Below are positions 47,982-60,559 of a stretch of DNA of 64,000 bases, piece by piece (within the stretch, counting starts at the first letter, position 1; each line of letters opens with the position of its first letter). The stretch covers positions 224,001-288,000 of the forward strand of contig OZ242008.1 of NCBI GenBank assembly GCA_965204735.1, written 5' to 3'. The stretch is from Longimicrobiales bacterium (GTDB lineage Bacteria > Gemmatimonadota > Gemmatimonadetes > Longimicrobiales > Gaopeijiaceae). The notes under the pieces are model-generated. The model was not told the origin of the DNA and did not search any database. It saw only the letters and a program-made list of their open reading frames with translations. The position numbers and the translations under genes are program-made.

Positions 47982-49640
47982 TCAGCTCCCGTCCGAAACC
48001 GCCTCGGCCTTGGCCTTGCGCACCATCTCGCGCACGTCTGCCAAGAGGCGTTGGGCGTCGTAGACGATCCCGTCCTTGATCGTGTACTTGATCCCGCCGA
48101 CGCGCTCCACCTCGCCAGTGTCGTCGTTGAGCTTTACGGCGCCGTTGCCGTAAAGGACCTTCAGGTTCTGCAAGGGGTTCTCGTCCACTACGACCATGTC
48201 GGCCTTGAGCCCCGCCCGAAGGATGCCGAAGTCGATCTCGGCGCCCTTGGGGTCGTGGAGCTCCTCGGCGCCGTGCAGCGTGGCGGCCCGAATCACCTCG
48301 ATGGGATGAAAGCCCGCCTCCCGCAGAAGCTCCAGCTCCCTGATGTAGTCGAACCCGTAGAGCTTGTAGATGAAGCCGGAGTCGGAGCCGGTGGTCACGC
48401 GCCCGCCCGCGTTCTTGTAGTCGTTGAGGAAGTGCATCCACTTCTGATAGAACTTCTTCCAGTGGTACTCGTCTTCGCTGGTCCAGTAGAACCAGTAGGA
48501 ACCGTGGGCGCGACGGGAAGGCTGGTAGAACTCCCACTGGCTGGGCAGCGTGTACTCGTCGTGATAGTCGGCCTCGCGAGCACGCATGACGTCGCGGCTG
48601 GCCTCGTAGATCGTCATCGTCGGGTCGATCCCGAAGCCCAGTTCCAGAAACCGGTCGATCAGGTCGTTCCACTGCTCCGAGCCGGGCTCGGCCGCTTGGT
48701 ACCAAAGCCTGCCGACGTTGCCGAAGCGGTGCTGTTCGTCCTGGTAGTTGTAGTCGAGCGGCCAGGCCTGAACGCTGTACTCCGTCAACATGGACTCGAA
48801 GAGGCCGTAGTAGTGGGTCATCATGTCGAGGCCGACTTCGGCCGCGTCCAGCGCCGTCATCCGCGCCACGCCGGTCTGGGCCAGGTGGGCGACCGTGCCC
48901 AAGCCGTGCTTGTGGGCCTCGTCGATGACCGCCGCCATGATCATCGGGTCCATGGCAGTGAGCTTGAGCCCGTCGATCTTGGCGCCCTCGACTTCCACGT
49001 CGGCTGCCCAGCGCACCCATTCCCGCGCCTTGTCGGGCGAGTCCACCGGACCCTGGTCCCATCCTTGGCCGGGCCGCGCGTAGGTGAACATGCGTGGCGC
49101 GACGATTTCGTTCCGGGCTGCCGCCGCCTTCTCTTCAAGCGACCACATCATGGGTCCGTGGCCCACGCCCCGCGACGTGGTGATCCCGTGGCCCATCCAC
49201 AGCTTGTAGGTGTACTCGGGCTGGGGCGCCTTCCCCGCCCCGCCGGTGTGGGCGTGCATGTCCACGAACCCGGGCATGACGAACATGCCGGTCATGTCCA
49301 TCTCCTTCGTCGCGTCCGACGGCCTCCGGTCCTCGTCGATCGGCACGCCCGGGTAGCCCACGGTCCGAATCTGGGCGATCCGATCCCCTTCGATCACGAT
49401 GTCCACGGGTCCCATCGGCGGAGCGCCGGTGCCGTCGATGATCGTGGCGCCGCGCAAGATGAGCCGCTCGTGTGGGCCGTCGCCTTCGTCGGCGCCCCGG
49501 GGGGTGGTCGGCTCCATCTGCGCCGAGGCCGGAGCGGAAAGGGTCGCCGCCGCCGTCAGAAGGACGGTCGCCAGGAGAGCGGCGCGACGCGTTGCGCCGA
49601 CAAGCAGAGCCGAAGCGGGAGTGCGGGTGGAATCGGTCAC
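47982..49640 (-). CDS. Secreted amidohydrolase family protein
   Basis: Signal peptide; PGFVDMHAH; TTGSDSG; GLKADMVVVDENPL. Confidence 0.88.
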   Translation of the reverse strand: MTDSTRTPASALLVGATRRAALLATVLLTAAATLSAPASAQMEPTTPRGADEGDGPHERLILRGATIIDGTGAPPMGPVDIVIEGDRIAQIRTVGYPGVPIDEDRRPSDATKEMDMTGMFVMPGFVDMHAHTGGAGKAPQPEYTYKLWMGHGITTSRGVGHGPMMWSLEEKAAAARNEIVAPRMFTYARPGQGWDQGPVDSPDKAREWVRWAADVEVEGAKIDGLKLTAMDPMIMAAVIDEAHKHGLGTVAHLAQTGVARMTALDAAEVGLDMMTHYYGLFESMLTEYSVQAWPLDYNYQDEQHRFGNVGRLWYQAAEPGSEQWNDLIDRFLELGFGIDPTMTIYEASRDVMRAREADYHDEYTLPSQWEFYQPSRRAHGSYWFYWTSEDEYHWKKFYQKWMHFLNDYKNAGGRVTTGSDSGFIYKLYGFDYIRELELLREAGFHPIEVIRAATLHGAEELHDPKGAEIDFGILRAGLKADMVVVDENPLQNLKVLYGNGAVKLNDDTGEVERVGGIKYTIKDGIVYDAQRLLADVREMVRKAKAEAVSDGS

Positions 49641-49734
49641 GATCGAAGGAACTCCTGCACTTGCGGGAAGATGGACGTGCCCCTCGCCGGCATGGACATG
49701 CCCGTCGAGGGGGCGTCTCCCAAGCTACGCCACG

Positions 49735-49809
49735 CTTCGGGCTGGTCAAGGCTGGTCTGGTCAAGCCTTCGGGCTGGTCGAGCCCCCGGCTCTTCGGACT
49801 GGTCAAGCC
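49735..49809. repeat. Imperfect intergenic direct repeats CTTCGG(G/A)CTGGTC(A/G)AG
   Basis: Copies at 49735, 49767, 49792; core CTGGTC at 49742, 49752, 49757, 49774, 49799. Confidence 0.8.
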
Positions 49810-49820
49810 CTTGGCCGTAG

Positions 49821-53219
<3,399 letters not shown>

Positions 53220-53230
<11 letters not shown>

Positions 53231-54533
53231 GGACCTTGCCGCCCGCCTGAAGCGGGTCGAGTCCCGGAACGTGACCTACCTGGGGCGTCGCGTGCCTTTC
53301 TGGACCGACGCCCAGGGGGTCCGGGTGCGGGACGCCACGGGCAGGAGCTTCCTGGACTTGACGGGGGCGTTCGGGGTCGCCTTCGCCGGGCATCGACATC
53401 CGCGCATCATGGACCGGATCGCCCGACAGGCGGAGCGACTGGTCCACGGGATGGGCGACGTGCATCCTCCGGCGGCAAAGGTGGCGTTCCTGGAAGCGCT
53501 GGCGGCCCGGATGCCTTGGCCGGAGACGCGGATCGTCCTGGGGCTGACCGGCTCCGACGCCGTGGAAGCCGCCTTCAAGACGGCCCACCTGGCGACGGGC
53601 CGGGCCGGGATCGTTGCCTTCGAGGGGAGCTACCACGGGCTCTCGCTGGGCGCGCTTGCCGCCACGCACCGAGACCACTTCCGCCGTCCCTTCGTGGAGA
53701 GGCTGACGCACCACGTGCGGTTCCTGCCCTTTCCGACCAGCGCCCACGAGGCGGAGCGGGTGCTGGAGCGGCTGGCCTGCGCGCTGGCGGGCGAGTCGGC
53801 CCTCGGCGACGGCGGCCGGCCTGCAACGGCCGACGGCCCGACGCCATCTCCCGTCGGCGCCGTGATCCTGGAGCCGATTCAGGGCCGCGCCGGGGTGCGG
53901 ACGCCTCCGGCGGGGTTTGCGCGGAGCGTCGCGGAGCGAACCAGAGCGGCGGGGGCGCTTCTGATTGCCGACGAGGTCTTCACGGGGATGGGACGAACGG
54001 GCGACTTGCTGGCGTGTGGAGGCGAGGCCGCGCCGGACCTTCTCTGCTTGGGCAAGCCTCTCGGCGGCGGCCTCCCCCTGTCGGCGTGCTGCGGACCGGC
54101 GGAGGTGATGGACGCCTGGCCGCCCTCGTCCGGCGAGGCCGTGCACACCAGCACCTTCCTGGGCCACCCGCTGGCGTGCGCGGCGGGGCTCGGGTTCCTT
54201 GAGACGCTGGACGCCGAAGGACTGGCCGCGCGTGCGGCGCGCCTCGGGAAGTGGACCGCCGAGTGCCTGAGGAATGCGCTGGCCGGATGCGGCTCGGTGA
54301 AGGAGGTGCGGGGCCGGGGACTCTTGCTGGGGGTCGAGCTGGACGGCCTCGCGGGGATTGCCGCGCGGGTCGCCGAGCGCGGAGTGGACCAGGGAGTGAT
54401 CGTGCTGCCGGCGGGGAAGGACGGTCGAGTCGTGCAAGTGACGCCGCCCGCTACGATCCGGAAGGAGGAGTTGGAAGAAGGCGTGGAGGCTCTGGCGGCC
54501 GCGGTGCGCTCCGTCAGCGGGTCAGCGGGCTGA
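53220..54533 (+). CDS. Class III PLP-dependent aminotransferase
   Basis: GSDAVE, SYHG, EPIQG, ADEVFTGMGRTG, LGKPLGGG. Confidence 0.9.
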
Positions 54534-54812
54534 AGTGGCGAAGTCGATCCGTTCGGCCAGCTTCAAGTCCTTCTCGGTGACGCCGCCGGCGTCGTGGGTC
54601 GAGAGGGTGAGCCGCACCTTGTCGTACCGCACGTCGATGTCCGGGTGGTGATCGTGCTCGTCCGCCAGGGTCGCCACCCGGTTGACGAAGACGATCGAGG
54701 CACGGAACGACGGGAAGGCGAAACGCTTCCTGATGGCGTTCTCCCGAACCTTCCAGCCTTCACGAGCGTCCACCCAGCTCGCCACCTCCCCCTGGGAAAG
54801 TCTCTCGGCCAT
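54522..54812 (-). CDS. phhB: 4a-hydroxytetrahydrobiopterin dehydratase
   Basis: HDHHPDI, LSTHDAGGVTEKD; GAGGAG RBS upstream of ATG 54812. Confidence 0.9.
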   Translation of the reverse strand: MAERLSQGEVASWVDAREGWKVRENAIRKRFAFPSFRASIVFVNRVATLADEHDHHPDIDVRYDKVRLTLSTHDAGGVTEKDLKLAERIDFATSAR

Positions 54813-54846
54813 CGCGTGGTGCTCCTCTCGGATCGGGTCGGGGGAC

Positions 54847-54996
54847 GTGCCCCCACGCATCCGAAGGTAACCCGGCAGGGCCGACCTGCAACCCGGCGCG
54901 TTCCGCCCGACCCTGCGCGACCGTGGAGGAACCCGTGTGCGTGCCCACCTCCTCGACCCCCGACGGACCCGACCCTGCGCGACCGTGGAGGAACCG
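54847..54996 (+). repeat. Two identical 28-bp direct repeats plus one degenerate copy at 61-62 bp period (CRISPR-resembling)
   Basis: CCCGACCCTGCGCGACCGTGGAGGAACC at 54906-54933 and 54968-54995; GTGCCCCCACGCATCCGAAGGTAACCC at 54847-54873. The repeat is certain; CRISPR identity is not. Confidence 0.6.
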
Positions 54997-55082
54997 GCCC
55001 GTTCCGATGGCATGGTCCTGCCCGTGGGGCTTCGGTGGCGCGGTCCCCTCGGGCCATCCGCTGGGCGGTCCCCTCGGGGGGG

Positions 55083-55111
55083 TTGACGCCCCTCCCAACT
55101 TTTCCCATCTT
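55083..55111 (+). promoter_or_regulatory. Candidate promoter of the tRNA cluster
   Basis: TTGACG-N17-CATCTT, 11 nt before tRNA-fMet. Confidence 0.6.
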
Positions 55112-55122
55112 CAAGTTCTCGT

Positions 55123-55196
<74 letters not shown>

Positions 55197-55352
55197 TGAC
55201 TCCAGCGAACACGACGCCAAAGGGCGCTTCGGGCCGTCGCCTTCGGGCGGCGATGTCCTGCGCACGCCGGCCAGGCCGTCGGCAGGGGACCTCCGGGTCC
55301 GTTGCCGGATCGGACCGGTCGGTTTTTTGTCGGCGGGTCCCACGGAGCCCGA

Positions 55353-55425
55353 GGCCAGGTAGCTCAGTTGGTAGAGCACGCGACTGAAAATCGCGGTGTC
55401 GGCGGTTCAATTCCGCCCCTGGCCA
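55353..55425 (+). tRNA. tRNA-Phe (GAA)
   Basis: Cloverleaf, anticodon loop CTGAAAA. Confidence 0.95.
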
Positions 55426-55437
55426 TTCCGAAGCCAC

Positions 55438-55511
55438 AGGTCCGTAGCTCAATTTGGTAGAGCACCGGTCTCCAAAACCGGCGGTTGGGGGTTCGAGTCC
55501 CTCCGGGCCTG
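55438..55511 (+). tRNA. tRNA-Trp (CCA)
   Basis: Cloverleaf, loop CTCCAAA. Confidence 0.95.
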
Positions 55512-55559
55512 CTGTCGCCACAGGGGCGACGGTCGCGAGACACGAGACACAAAGGAGAC

Positions 55560-55631
55560 GCCCTCATCGTCTAACGGTCAGGACACCACTCTTTCAAGGT
55601 GGAGATCGGGGTTCGATTCCCCGTGAGGGTA
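55560..55631 (+). tRNA. tRNA-Glu (TTC)
   Basis: Cloverleaf, loop CTTTCAA. Confidence 0.93.
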
Positions 55632-55663
55632 TGGGGTCGCCGGTCGGACCCCCGGCTGGTCCA

Positions 55664-55738
55664 GGGGCTGTAGCTCAGTTTGGTTAGAGTGCCGGTCTGT
55701 CACACCGGAGGCCGCGGGTTCGAGTCCCGTCAGCCCCG
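55664..55738 (+). tRNA. tRNA-Asp (GTC)
   Basis: Cloverleaf, loop CTGTCAC. Confidence 0.95.
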
Positions 55739-55795
55739 CTGCTGGACTTTGACAATCAGGGTCGTGGAGCACTTCCGGCTCACGTTCGCAACGCT

Positions 55796-55868
55796 GGGGC
55801 CGTAGCTCAGTTGGGAGAGCGCCTGAATGGCATTCAGGAGGTCAGGGGTTCGACTCCCCTCGGCTCCA
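55796..55868 (+). tRNA. tRNA-Ala (GGC)
   Basis: G3:U70 pair; loop ATGGCAT. Confidence 0.95.
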
Positions 55869-55894
55869 CTGCGACTGGCCGGTACGCCGGCCGA

Positions 55895-55978
<84 letters not shown>

Positions 55979-55999
55979 TTGCGAGCCGGACGGCAACTT

Positions 56000-56083
56000 G
56001 CCCACGTGCTGGAATTGGTAGACAGGCTGGTTTGAGGGACCAGTGTTCGAAAGGACGTACAGGTTCGAGTCCTGTCGTGGGCA
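56000..56083 (+). tRNA. tRNA-Leu (GAG)
   Basis: Long variable arm; loop TTGAGGG. Confidence 0.95.
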
Positions 56084-56090
56084 TCGGAGC

Positions 56091-56164
56091 GCGCCCGTAG
56101 CTCAATTGGATAGAGTACCTGACTACGGATCAGGGGGTTGGGGGTTCGAGTCCTCCCGGGCGCA
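56091..56164 (+). tRNA. tRNA-Arg (ACG)
   Basis: Cloverleaf, loop CTACGGA. Confidence 0.95.
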
Positions 56165-56211
56165 CTTATGGGGAATCGGGGCGACGAAGCGGGAAGCGGG
56201 AGTTCTCGGCC

Positions 56212-56285
56212 GGGCGCGTAGCTCAGTTGGTTAGAGTGCCACGTTGACATCGTGGAGGTCACAGGTTCGAGTCCTGTCGCGCCCA
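56212..56285 (+). tRNA. tRNA-Val (GAC)
   Basis: Cloverleaf, loop TTGACAT. Confidence 0.95.
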
Positions 56286-56298
56286 CTGTCCTTGAGTC

Positions 56299-56371
56299 GG
56301 GGCCGTAGCTCAGTTGGGAGAGCGCAGCGTTCGCAACGCTGAGGTCAGGGGTTCGACTCCCCTCGGCTCCA
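56299..56371 (+). tRNA. tRNA-Ala (CGC)
   Basis: G3:U70 pair; loop TTCGCAA. Confidence 0.95.
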
Positions 56372-56452
56372 TTGTTCGTCCTCAAGTCCGACTTGGCGGG
56401 CGATGGAGGGTTGTGCCGATCCGCCCGCCTCTGGCGGACCGAAGGAAAGATT

Positions 56453-56525
56453 GCCACCGTAGCTCAGCTGGTAGAGCACGTCACTCGTAATGACGGGGTC
56501 GTCGGTTCGAGTCCGACCGGTGGCT
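56453..56525 (+). tRNA. tRNA-Thr (CGT)
   Basis: Cloverleaf, loop CTCGTAA. Confidence 0.95.
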
Positions 56526-56541
56526 CTGGAGCAGGTTTGCT

Positions 56542-56614
56542 AGCCCCGTGGTGTAACTGGCAACACGTCTGACTCTGGATCAGAAGAGTCCTGGTTCGAG
56601 CCCAGGCGGGGCTA
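56542..56614 (+). tRNA. tRNA-Gln (CTG)
   Basis: Cloverleaf, loop CTCTGGA. Confidence 0.92.
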
Positions 56615-56617
56615 CTC

Positions 56618-56702
56618 GGAGGGATGGCTGAGCGGCTAAAAGCGGCGCCCTGCTAAGGCGTTGGTCCATTGGGCCACGTGGGTTCGAATCCCACTCCCTC
56701 CG
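56618..56702 (+). tRNA. tRNA-Ser (GCT)
   Basis: Long variable arm; loop CTGCTAA. Confidence 0.93.
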
Positions 56703-56828
56703 CTGGAGCGAAGCGAAGCGGTGGGCGTGGGGTTCGAGGTTCGAGCCGAAGGGGGTCGGGCCGGAGGGCCGAGCCCCGGAGACGGTCGGCGGGAGCCGGC
56801 CCATCCCACTCCCTCCGCTGGAGCGAAG
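56688..56828 (+). repeat. 26-bp direct repeat duplicating the 3' end of tRNA-Ser(GCT)
   Basis: ATCCCACTCCCTCCGCTGGAGCGAAG at 56688-56713 and 56803-56828. Confidence 0.9.
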
Positions 56829-56912
56829 GACGGGTGGCCGAGCGGCTTAAGGCGCACGACTGGAAATCGTGTGGGCATCTTGCCCGCGTGGGTTCGAATC
56901 CCACCCCGTCCG
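56828..56912 (+). tRNA. tRNA-Ser (GGA)
   Basis: Long variable arm; loop CTGGAAA. Confidence 0.93.
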
Positions 56913-56923
56913 TCGAAAATCAG

Positions 56924-56997
56924 CGGGGCGTGGCTCAGTCCGGTAGAGCGCTGCGTTCGGGTCGCAGAGGTCCCCGGTTCGAATCCGGGCGCCCCGA
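56924..56997 (+). tRNA. tRNA-Pro (CGG)
   Basis: Cloverleaf, loop TTCGGGT. Confidence 0.95.
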
Positions 56998-57023
56998 TTC
57001 TGATTCTGCATCCACGACACCTG

Positions 57024-57107
57024 GGAGGCGTAGTCCTAACTGGTAAGGCACCGCACTCGAAATGCGGCGTGCGCAAGCACTTGGGGGTTCGAGTCCCTCC
57101 GCCTCCG
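57024..57107 (+). tRNA. tRNA-Ser (CGA)
   Basis: Long variable arm; loop CTCGAAA. Confidence 0.9.
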
Positions 57108-57145
57108 TTCAACCCCGCCTTCTCCTCCGCGAGGGCCCGGGCCTC

Positions 57146-59365
57146 TTGAAGCAAGTCCTCCAGTCCTACCGGACCGGCGAGCTGTGGGTCGCCGACGTGC
57201 CGGCCCCCAAGTGCTCGCCGGACGGGGTCCTCGTTCGCACCCGGTACAGCCTGATCTCGGCCGGCACGGAACGGACGATGACGGAGCTGGCGAGGAAGAA
57301 CCTCGTGGCCAAGGCCCGGGCGCGGCCCGACCTGGTCCGCCGAGTCGTGACCAAGGCTCGGTCGGAAGGGATCAAGCCGACGGTCGAGAAGGTCTTCGCC
57401 AAGCTGGACGAACCCGTCGCACTCGGGTACTCGGCAGCCGGCGAAGTGGTCGAAGCAGGTCCCGACGCCGGCGTTCTCAAGCCTGGCGACCGAGTGGCCG
57501 CGGCGGGAGGCGGCTACGCCAGCCACGCCGAGTTCAACTCCGTCCCCCGCAACCTCTGCGTCCGGATCCCCGACGGCGTATCCACCGCCGACGCCGCTTT
57601 CACGACACTGGGAGCGATTGCCCTGCAGGGAGTCCGCCAAGCGAACCCGCTGCTGGGCGAGCGGGTGGTGGTCGTGGGTCTGGGGCTGGTGGGACTGCTC
57701 ACGGTCCAGATGCTCAAGGCCAACGGGTGCGCGGTGCTGGGCGTCGACCTGAACGAAGCCCGCGCCCGCCTTGCCGAAGCGTTGGGCGCCGACATGGCGG
57801 CGACCGGCGACGTGGAAGAGGCCTGCGAAGCATTCACCGGCGGACGCGGCGCCGACGCCGTGATCATTGCCGCCGCCACGTCCGGAAACGGCCCCATCGA
57901 GGTTGCGGCCGACGTGTCGCGCCAGAAGGGCCGCGTCGTGGCCGTCGGATCCGTGGGGCTGAACGTCCCTCGGGACGCCTTCTACCGGAAGGAGCTGGAT
58001 CTGCGGCTTTCCATGTCCTACGGCCCCGGGCGGTACGACGCGAGCTACGAGGAGGGCGGGACCGACTACCCGTTCCCGTACGTTCGCTTTACCGAGCAGC
58101 GCAACATGGAGAGCTTCCTGTACCTCGTGCAGCAGGGAAGGGCGACTCCCGAGGCGCTGGTCACCCACACGCTCCCCTTCGAGAACGCGCTGGAGGGGTA
58201 CGCGCTGCTGGAGAAGACCGCCGAGGGCTCCGACGTGCGCAGCCCCGGTCCTCTGGGAGTCCTCCTGAAGTACGGGGAGGCAGCCGACTCCGCGGCTTCG
58301 GTCAGCCTTGCCGGCACGGCGTCCGATCAGCAACGGCACCGGACTTCGGCGACAGCGTCCTCCCGGTCCGTCGGCGCACGCACGATCGGCGTAGGCTTCC
58401 TCGGCGCCGGCGCCTTTGCCCGCAGCGTGCTGCTGCCCCGGCTGGCCAGAACGAAGCGCGCCGCTCTGACCAGCGTGTGCACGGCCACGGGCCGGAGCGC
58501 CCGTCAAGCAGGCGAGCGGTTCGGCTTCGCGACCGCCGCCACCGACATGAACGCGGTCCTGAACGACCCCGACACCGACGCCGTGTTCGTGGCCACCCGC
58601 CACGACTCTCACGCTTCCCTGGCGGCGGCAGCGCTGCGGGCCGGCAAGCACGTCTTCGTGGAGAAGCCCCTGTGCATCCGAGAAGCTGAACTGGAGGAAG
58701 TCGCGTCGGCGCTGGAGGACGCTCGGGCCGCCGGCCTTCGGCCCTGCCTGACGGTCGGCTTCAACCGCCGCTTTTCGCCTCACGCCCTGGCGCTGCGCGC
58801 GGCCTTCGCCGAAAGGCGCGCACCGCTCGCGGTCAGCTATCGGGTCAACGCGGGCGCCGTGCCGGCCGACCACTGGGTTCTCGATCCTGCCGTCGGGGGC
58901 GGCCGTCTGATCGGGGAGGCGTGCCACTTCGTGGACTTCTGCAACGCGCTGATCGCGAGCGAGCCCGTCTCGGTGGCAGCTGCCGCCCTGTCCGAGGACC
59001 GCCCGGGAACCGCGCCGCCGGACTCGGTGGCCCTGACCATCGAGTACGCCGACGGCTCGCTGGCAGCGATCCAGTACTTGGCCGGAGGTCACAGGCAAAT
59101 GCCGAAGGAGCGCTGCGAGGTCTTCGCGGGGGGTCGGAGCGCGGTGTTGGCCGACTTCAGGTCCACGACCTTCTACGGGGGAGGCCGGGGCGTGCGGGGC
59201 AAGCAGGACAAGGGGTTCGACGGAGAGTTGCGAGCTTTCCTGGACGCATGCCGGGATCGGGGCCCGTGGCCGATTCGGTGGGACGAGATCGCGGCAACTC
59301 ATCGCGTGTGCTTCGCCGCGATGCGGAGCTTGGGGAACGGCCGGCGGATTCCGCTGGGGCCGTGA
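57146..59365 (+). CDS. Bi-domain oxidoreductase (MDR/Zn-ADH-like plus Gfo/Idh/MocA), polysaccharide-locus type
   Basis: TTG start (LKQVLQSYRTG); ISAGTE, GLGLVG, SYGPGRYD, GAGAFA, VEKP, GFNRRF. Confidence 0.88.
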   Translation: MKQVLQSYRTGELWVADVPAPKCSPDGVLVRTRYSLISAGTERTMTELARKNLVAKARARPDLVRRVVTKARSEGIKPTVEKVFAKLDEPVALGYSAAGEVVEAGPDAGVLKPGDRVAAAGGGYASHAEFNSVPRNLCVRIPDGVSTADAAFTTLGAIALQGVRQANPLLGERVVVVGLGLVGLLTVQMLKANGCAVLGVDLNEARARLAEALGADMAATGDVEEACEAFTGGRGADAVIIAAATSGNGPIEVAADVSRQKGRVVAVGSVGLNVPRDAFYRKELDLRLSMSYGPGRYDASYEEGGTDYPFPYVRFTEQRNMESFLYLVQQGRATPEALVTHTLPFENALEGYALLEKTAEGSDVRSPGPLGVLLKYGEAADSAASVSLAGTASDQQRHRTSATASSRSVGARTIGVGFLGAGAFARSVLLPRLARTKRAALTSVCTATGRSARQAGERFGFATAATDMNAVLNDPDTDAVFVATRHDSHASLAAAALRAGKHVFVEKPLCIREAELEEVASALEDARAAGLRPCLTVGFNRRFSPHALALRAAFAERRAPLAVSYRVNAGAVPADHWVLDPAVGGGRLIGEACHFVDFCNALIASEPVSVAAAALSEDRPGTAPPDSVALTIEYADGSLAAIQYLAGGHRQMPKERCEVFAGGRSAVLADFRSTTFYGGGRGVRGKQDKGFDGELRAFLDACRDRGPWPIRWDEIAATHRVCFAAMRSLGNGRRIPLGP

Positions 59366-60528
59366 GCAACCCACAGCGCCGACGGGCGACTTCGCTTCAG
59401 GCCGTCCGCGGCCGCCTTCGGGTCCTCAGCGTCGTGGGGGCGAGGCCCAACTTCGTGAAGGCCGCGTCGCTGGTGGCCGCGTACCGGGGCTGCGAATGGA
59501 TCGATCCCGTGCTGGTCCATACGGGACAGCACTACGACGAGGCCATGAGCGCCAGCTTCTTTCGGGACTTGGAGCTGCCCCGGCCCGCCGTGGACCTGGG
59601 AGTGGGATCGGGGAGCCACGCCACGCAAACCGCCGAGATCATGAAGACCTTCGAAGCGGCGGCGCTGGAGCTCCGGCCCGACGTCGTCCTGGTGTTCGGG
59701 GACGTGAACAGCACGATCGCCTGCGGATTGGTGGCCGCGAAGCGCGGGATCCCGCTGGCGCACGTCGAGGCGGGGTTGCGGAGCGGAGATCGGACGATGC
59801 CCGAGGAGATCAATCGCGTCCTCACCGACGCCATCAGCGACCTTCTCTTCTGCACCGAGCATGCCGGCGTGGAGAACTTGGCCCGGGAAGGGGTCGCCGG
59901 CGACCGTGTCTTCCTGGTGGGCAACACAATGGTCGACACGCTGCTGCGTTGCCGCGACCGGTCCAGGGCTTCGGGCGTGCTGGAGGAGCTGGGCCTGCCG
60001 GCCGCGGGCGAGGACGGCGACGGATACGCGGTGGCGACGCTTCATCGACCCTCGAACGTGGACGACCGGCGAACGCTCGCTGGGATTCTCGACGCCTTCG
60101 AGGAGTTGCGGGCCGACCTGCCGATCGTCCTGCCCCTCCACCCCCGTCTTCGGAAGACGCTGGCCCGCTTCGGCCTGGAGCGGCGGGTCGCGGCGACCCG
60201 TGTGCGCACCACGGAACCGTTGGGCTACTTGGACTTTCTCAAGCTGGTGGACAACGCCCGGGTCGTGCTCACCGACTCGGGGGGGCTGCAAGAAGAGACC
60301 ACGGCGCTGGGCGTGCCCTGCGTCACCCTCCGGGAGAACACGGAACGCCCAGTCACCGTCGAAGCGGGCACCAACCGGCTGGCCGGGACGAGTCCGGGCC
60401 GAATTGTGACGGCTTGCCGCGACGCGCTGGCCGAGTCGGTCGGGAGCGAAGCACGCTCGTCGCCGCCGCTGTGGGACGGACGGGCCGGCGAAAGGATCGT
60501 GGCGGTGCTGAAGGAAAGGCTGGCCTAG
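59362..60528 (+). CDS. wecB: UDP-N-acetylglucosamine 2-epimerase (non-hydrolysing)
   Basis: GARPNFVK, HTGQHYD, HVEAGLRS, PEEINR, TDSGGLQEE, RENTERP. Confidence 0.93.
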   Translation: MSNPQRRRATSLQAVRGRLRVLSVVGARPNFVKAASLVAAYRGCEWIDPVLVHTGQHYDEAMSASFFRDLELPRPAVDLGVGSGSHATQTAEIMKTFEAAALELRPDVVLVFGDVNSTIACGLVAAKRGIPLAHVEAGLRSGDRTMPEEINRVLTDAISDLLFCTEHAGVENLAREGVAGDRVFLVGNTMVDTLLRCRDRSRASGVLEELGLPAAGEDGDGYAVATLHRPSNVDDRRTLAGILDAFEELRADLPIVLPLHPRLRKTLARFGLERRVAATRVRTTEPLGYLDFLKLVDNARVVLTDSGGLQEETTALGVPCVTLRENTERPVTVEAGTNRLAGTSPGRIVTACRDALAESVGSEARSSPPLWDGRAGERIVAVLKERLA

Positions 60529-60559
60529 CTGCAAGGGTGGCGGGCCGGGCGCCGCCGGC

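Noticed and set aside
46311..49820. 1169-aa plus-strand ORF
   Set aside because: Combines an off-frame overlap of the RnfD-like gene with the antisense of the amidohydrolase
54847..54996. Calling this a functional CRISPR array
   Set aside because: Only two identical repeats, broken hairpin, no AT-rich leader, no cas genes; kept only as a finding
55304..55330. Possible terminator after tRNA-fMet
   Set aside because: T6 tract is present but the stem is weak and bulged
55749..55777. TTGACA inside the tRNA cluster as an internal promoter
   Set aside because: No convincing -10 at 16-18 bp
57146..60528. Genomic island integrated at tRNA-Ser(CGA)
   Set aside because: No integrase, no second att copy seen, host-like composition
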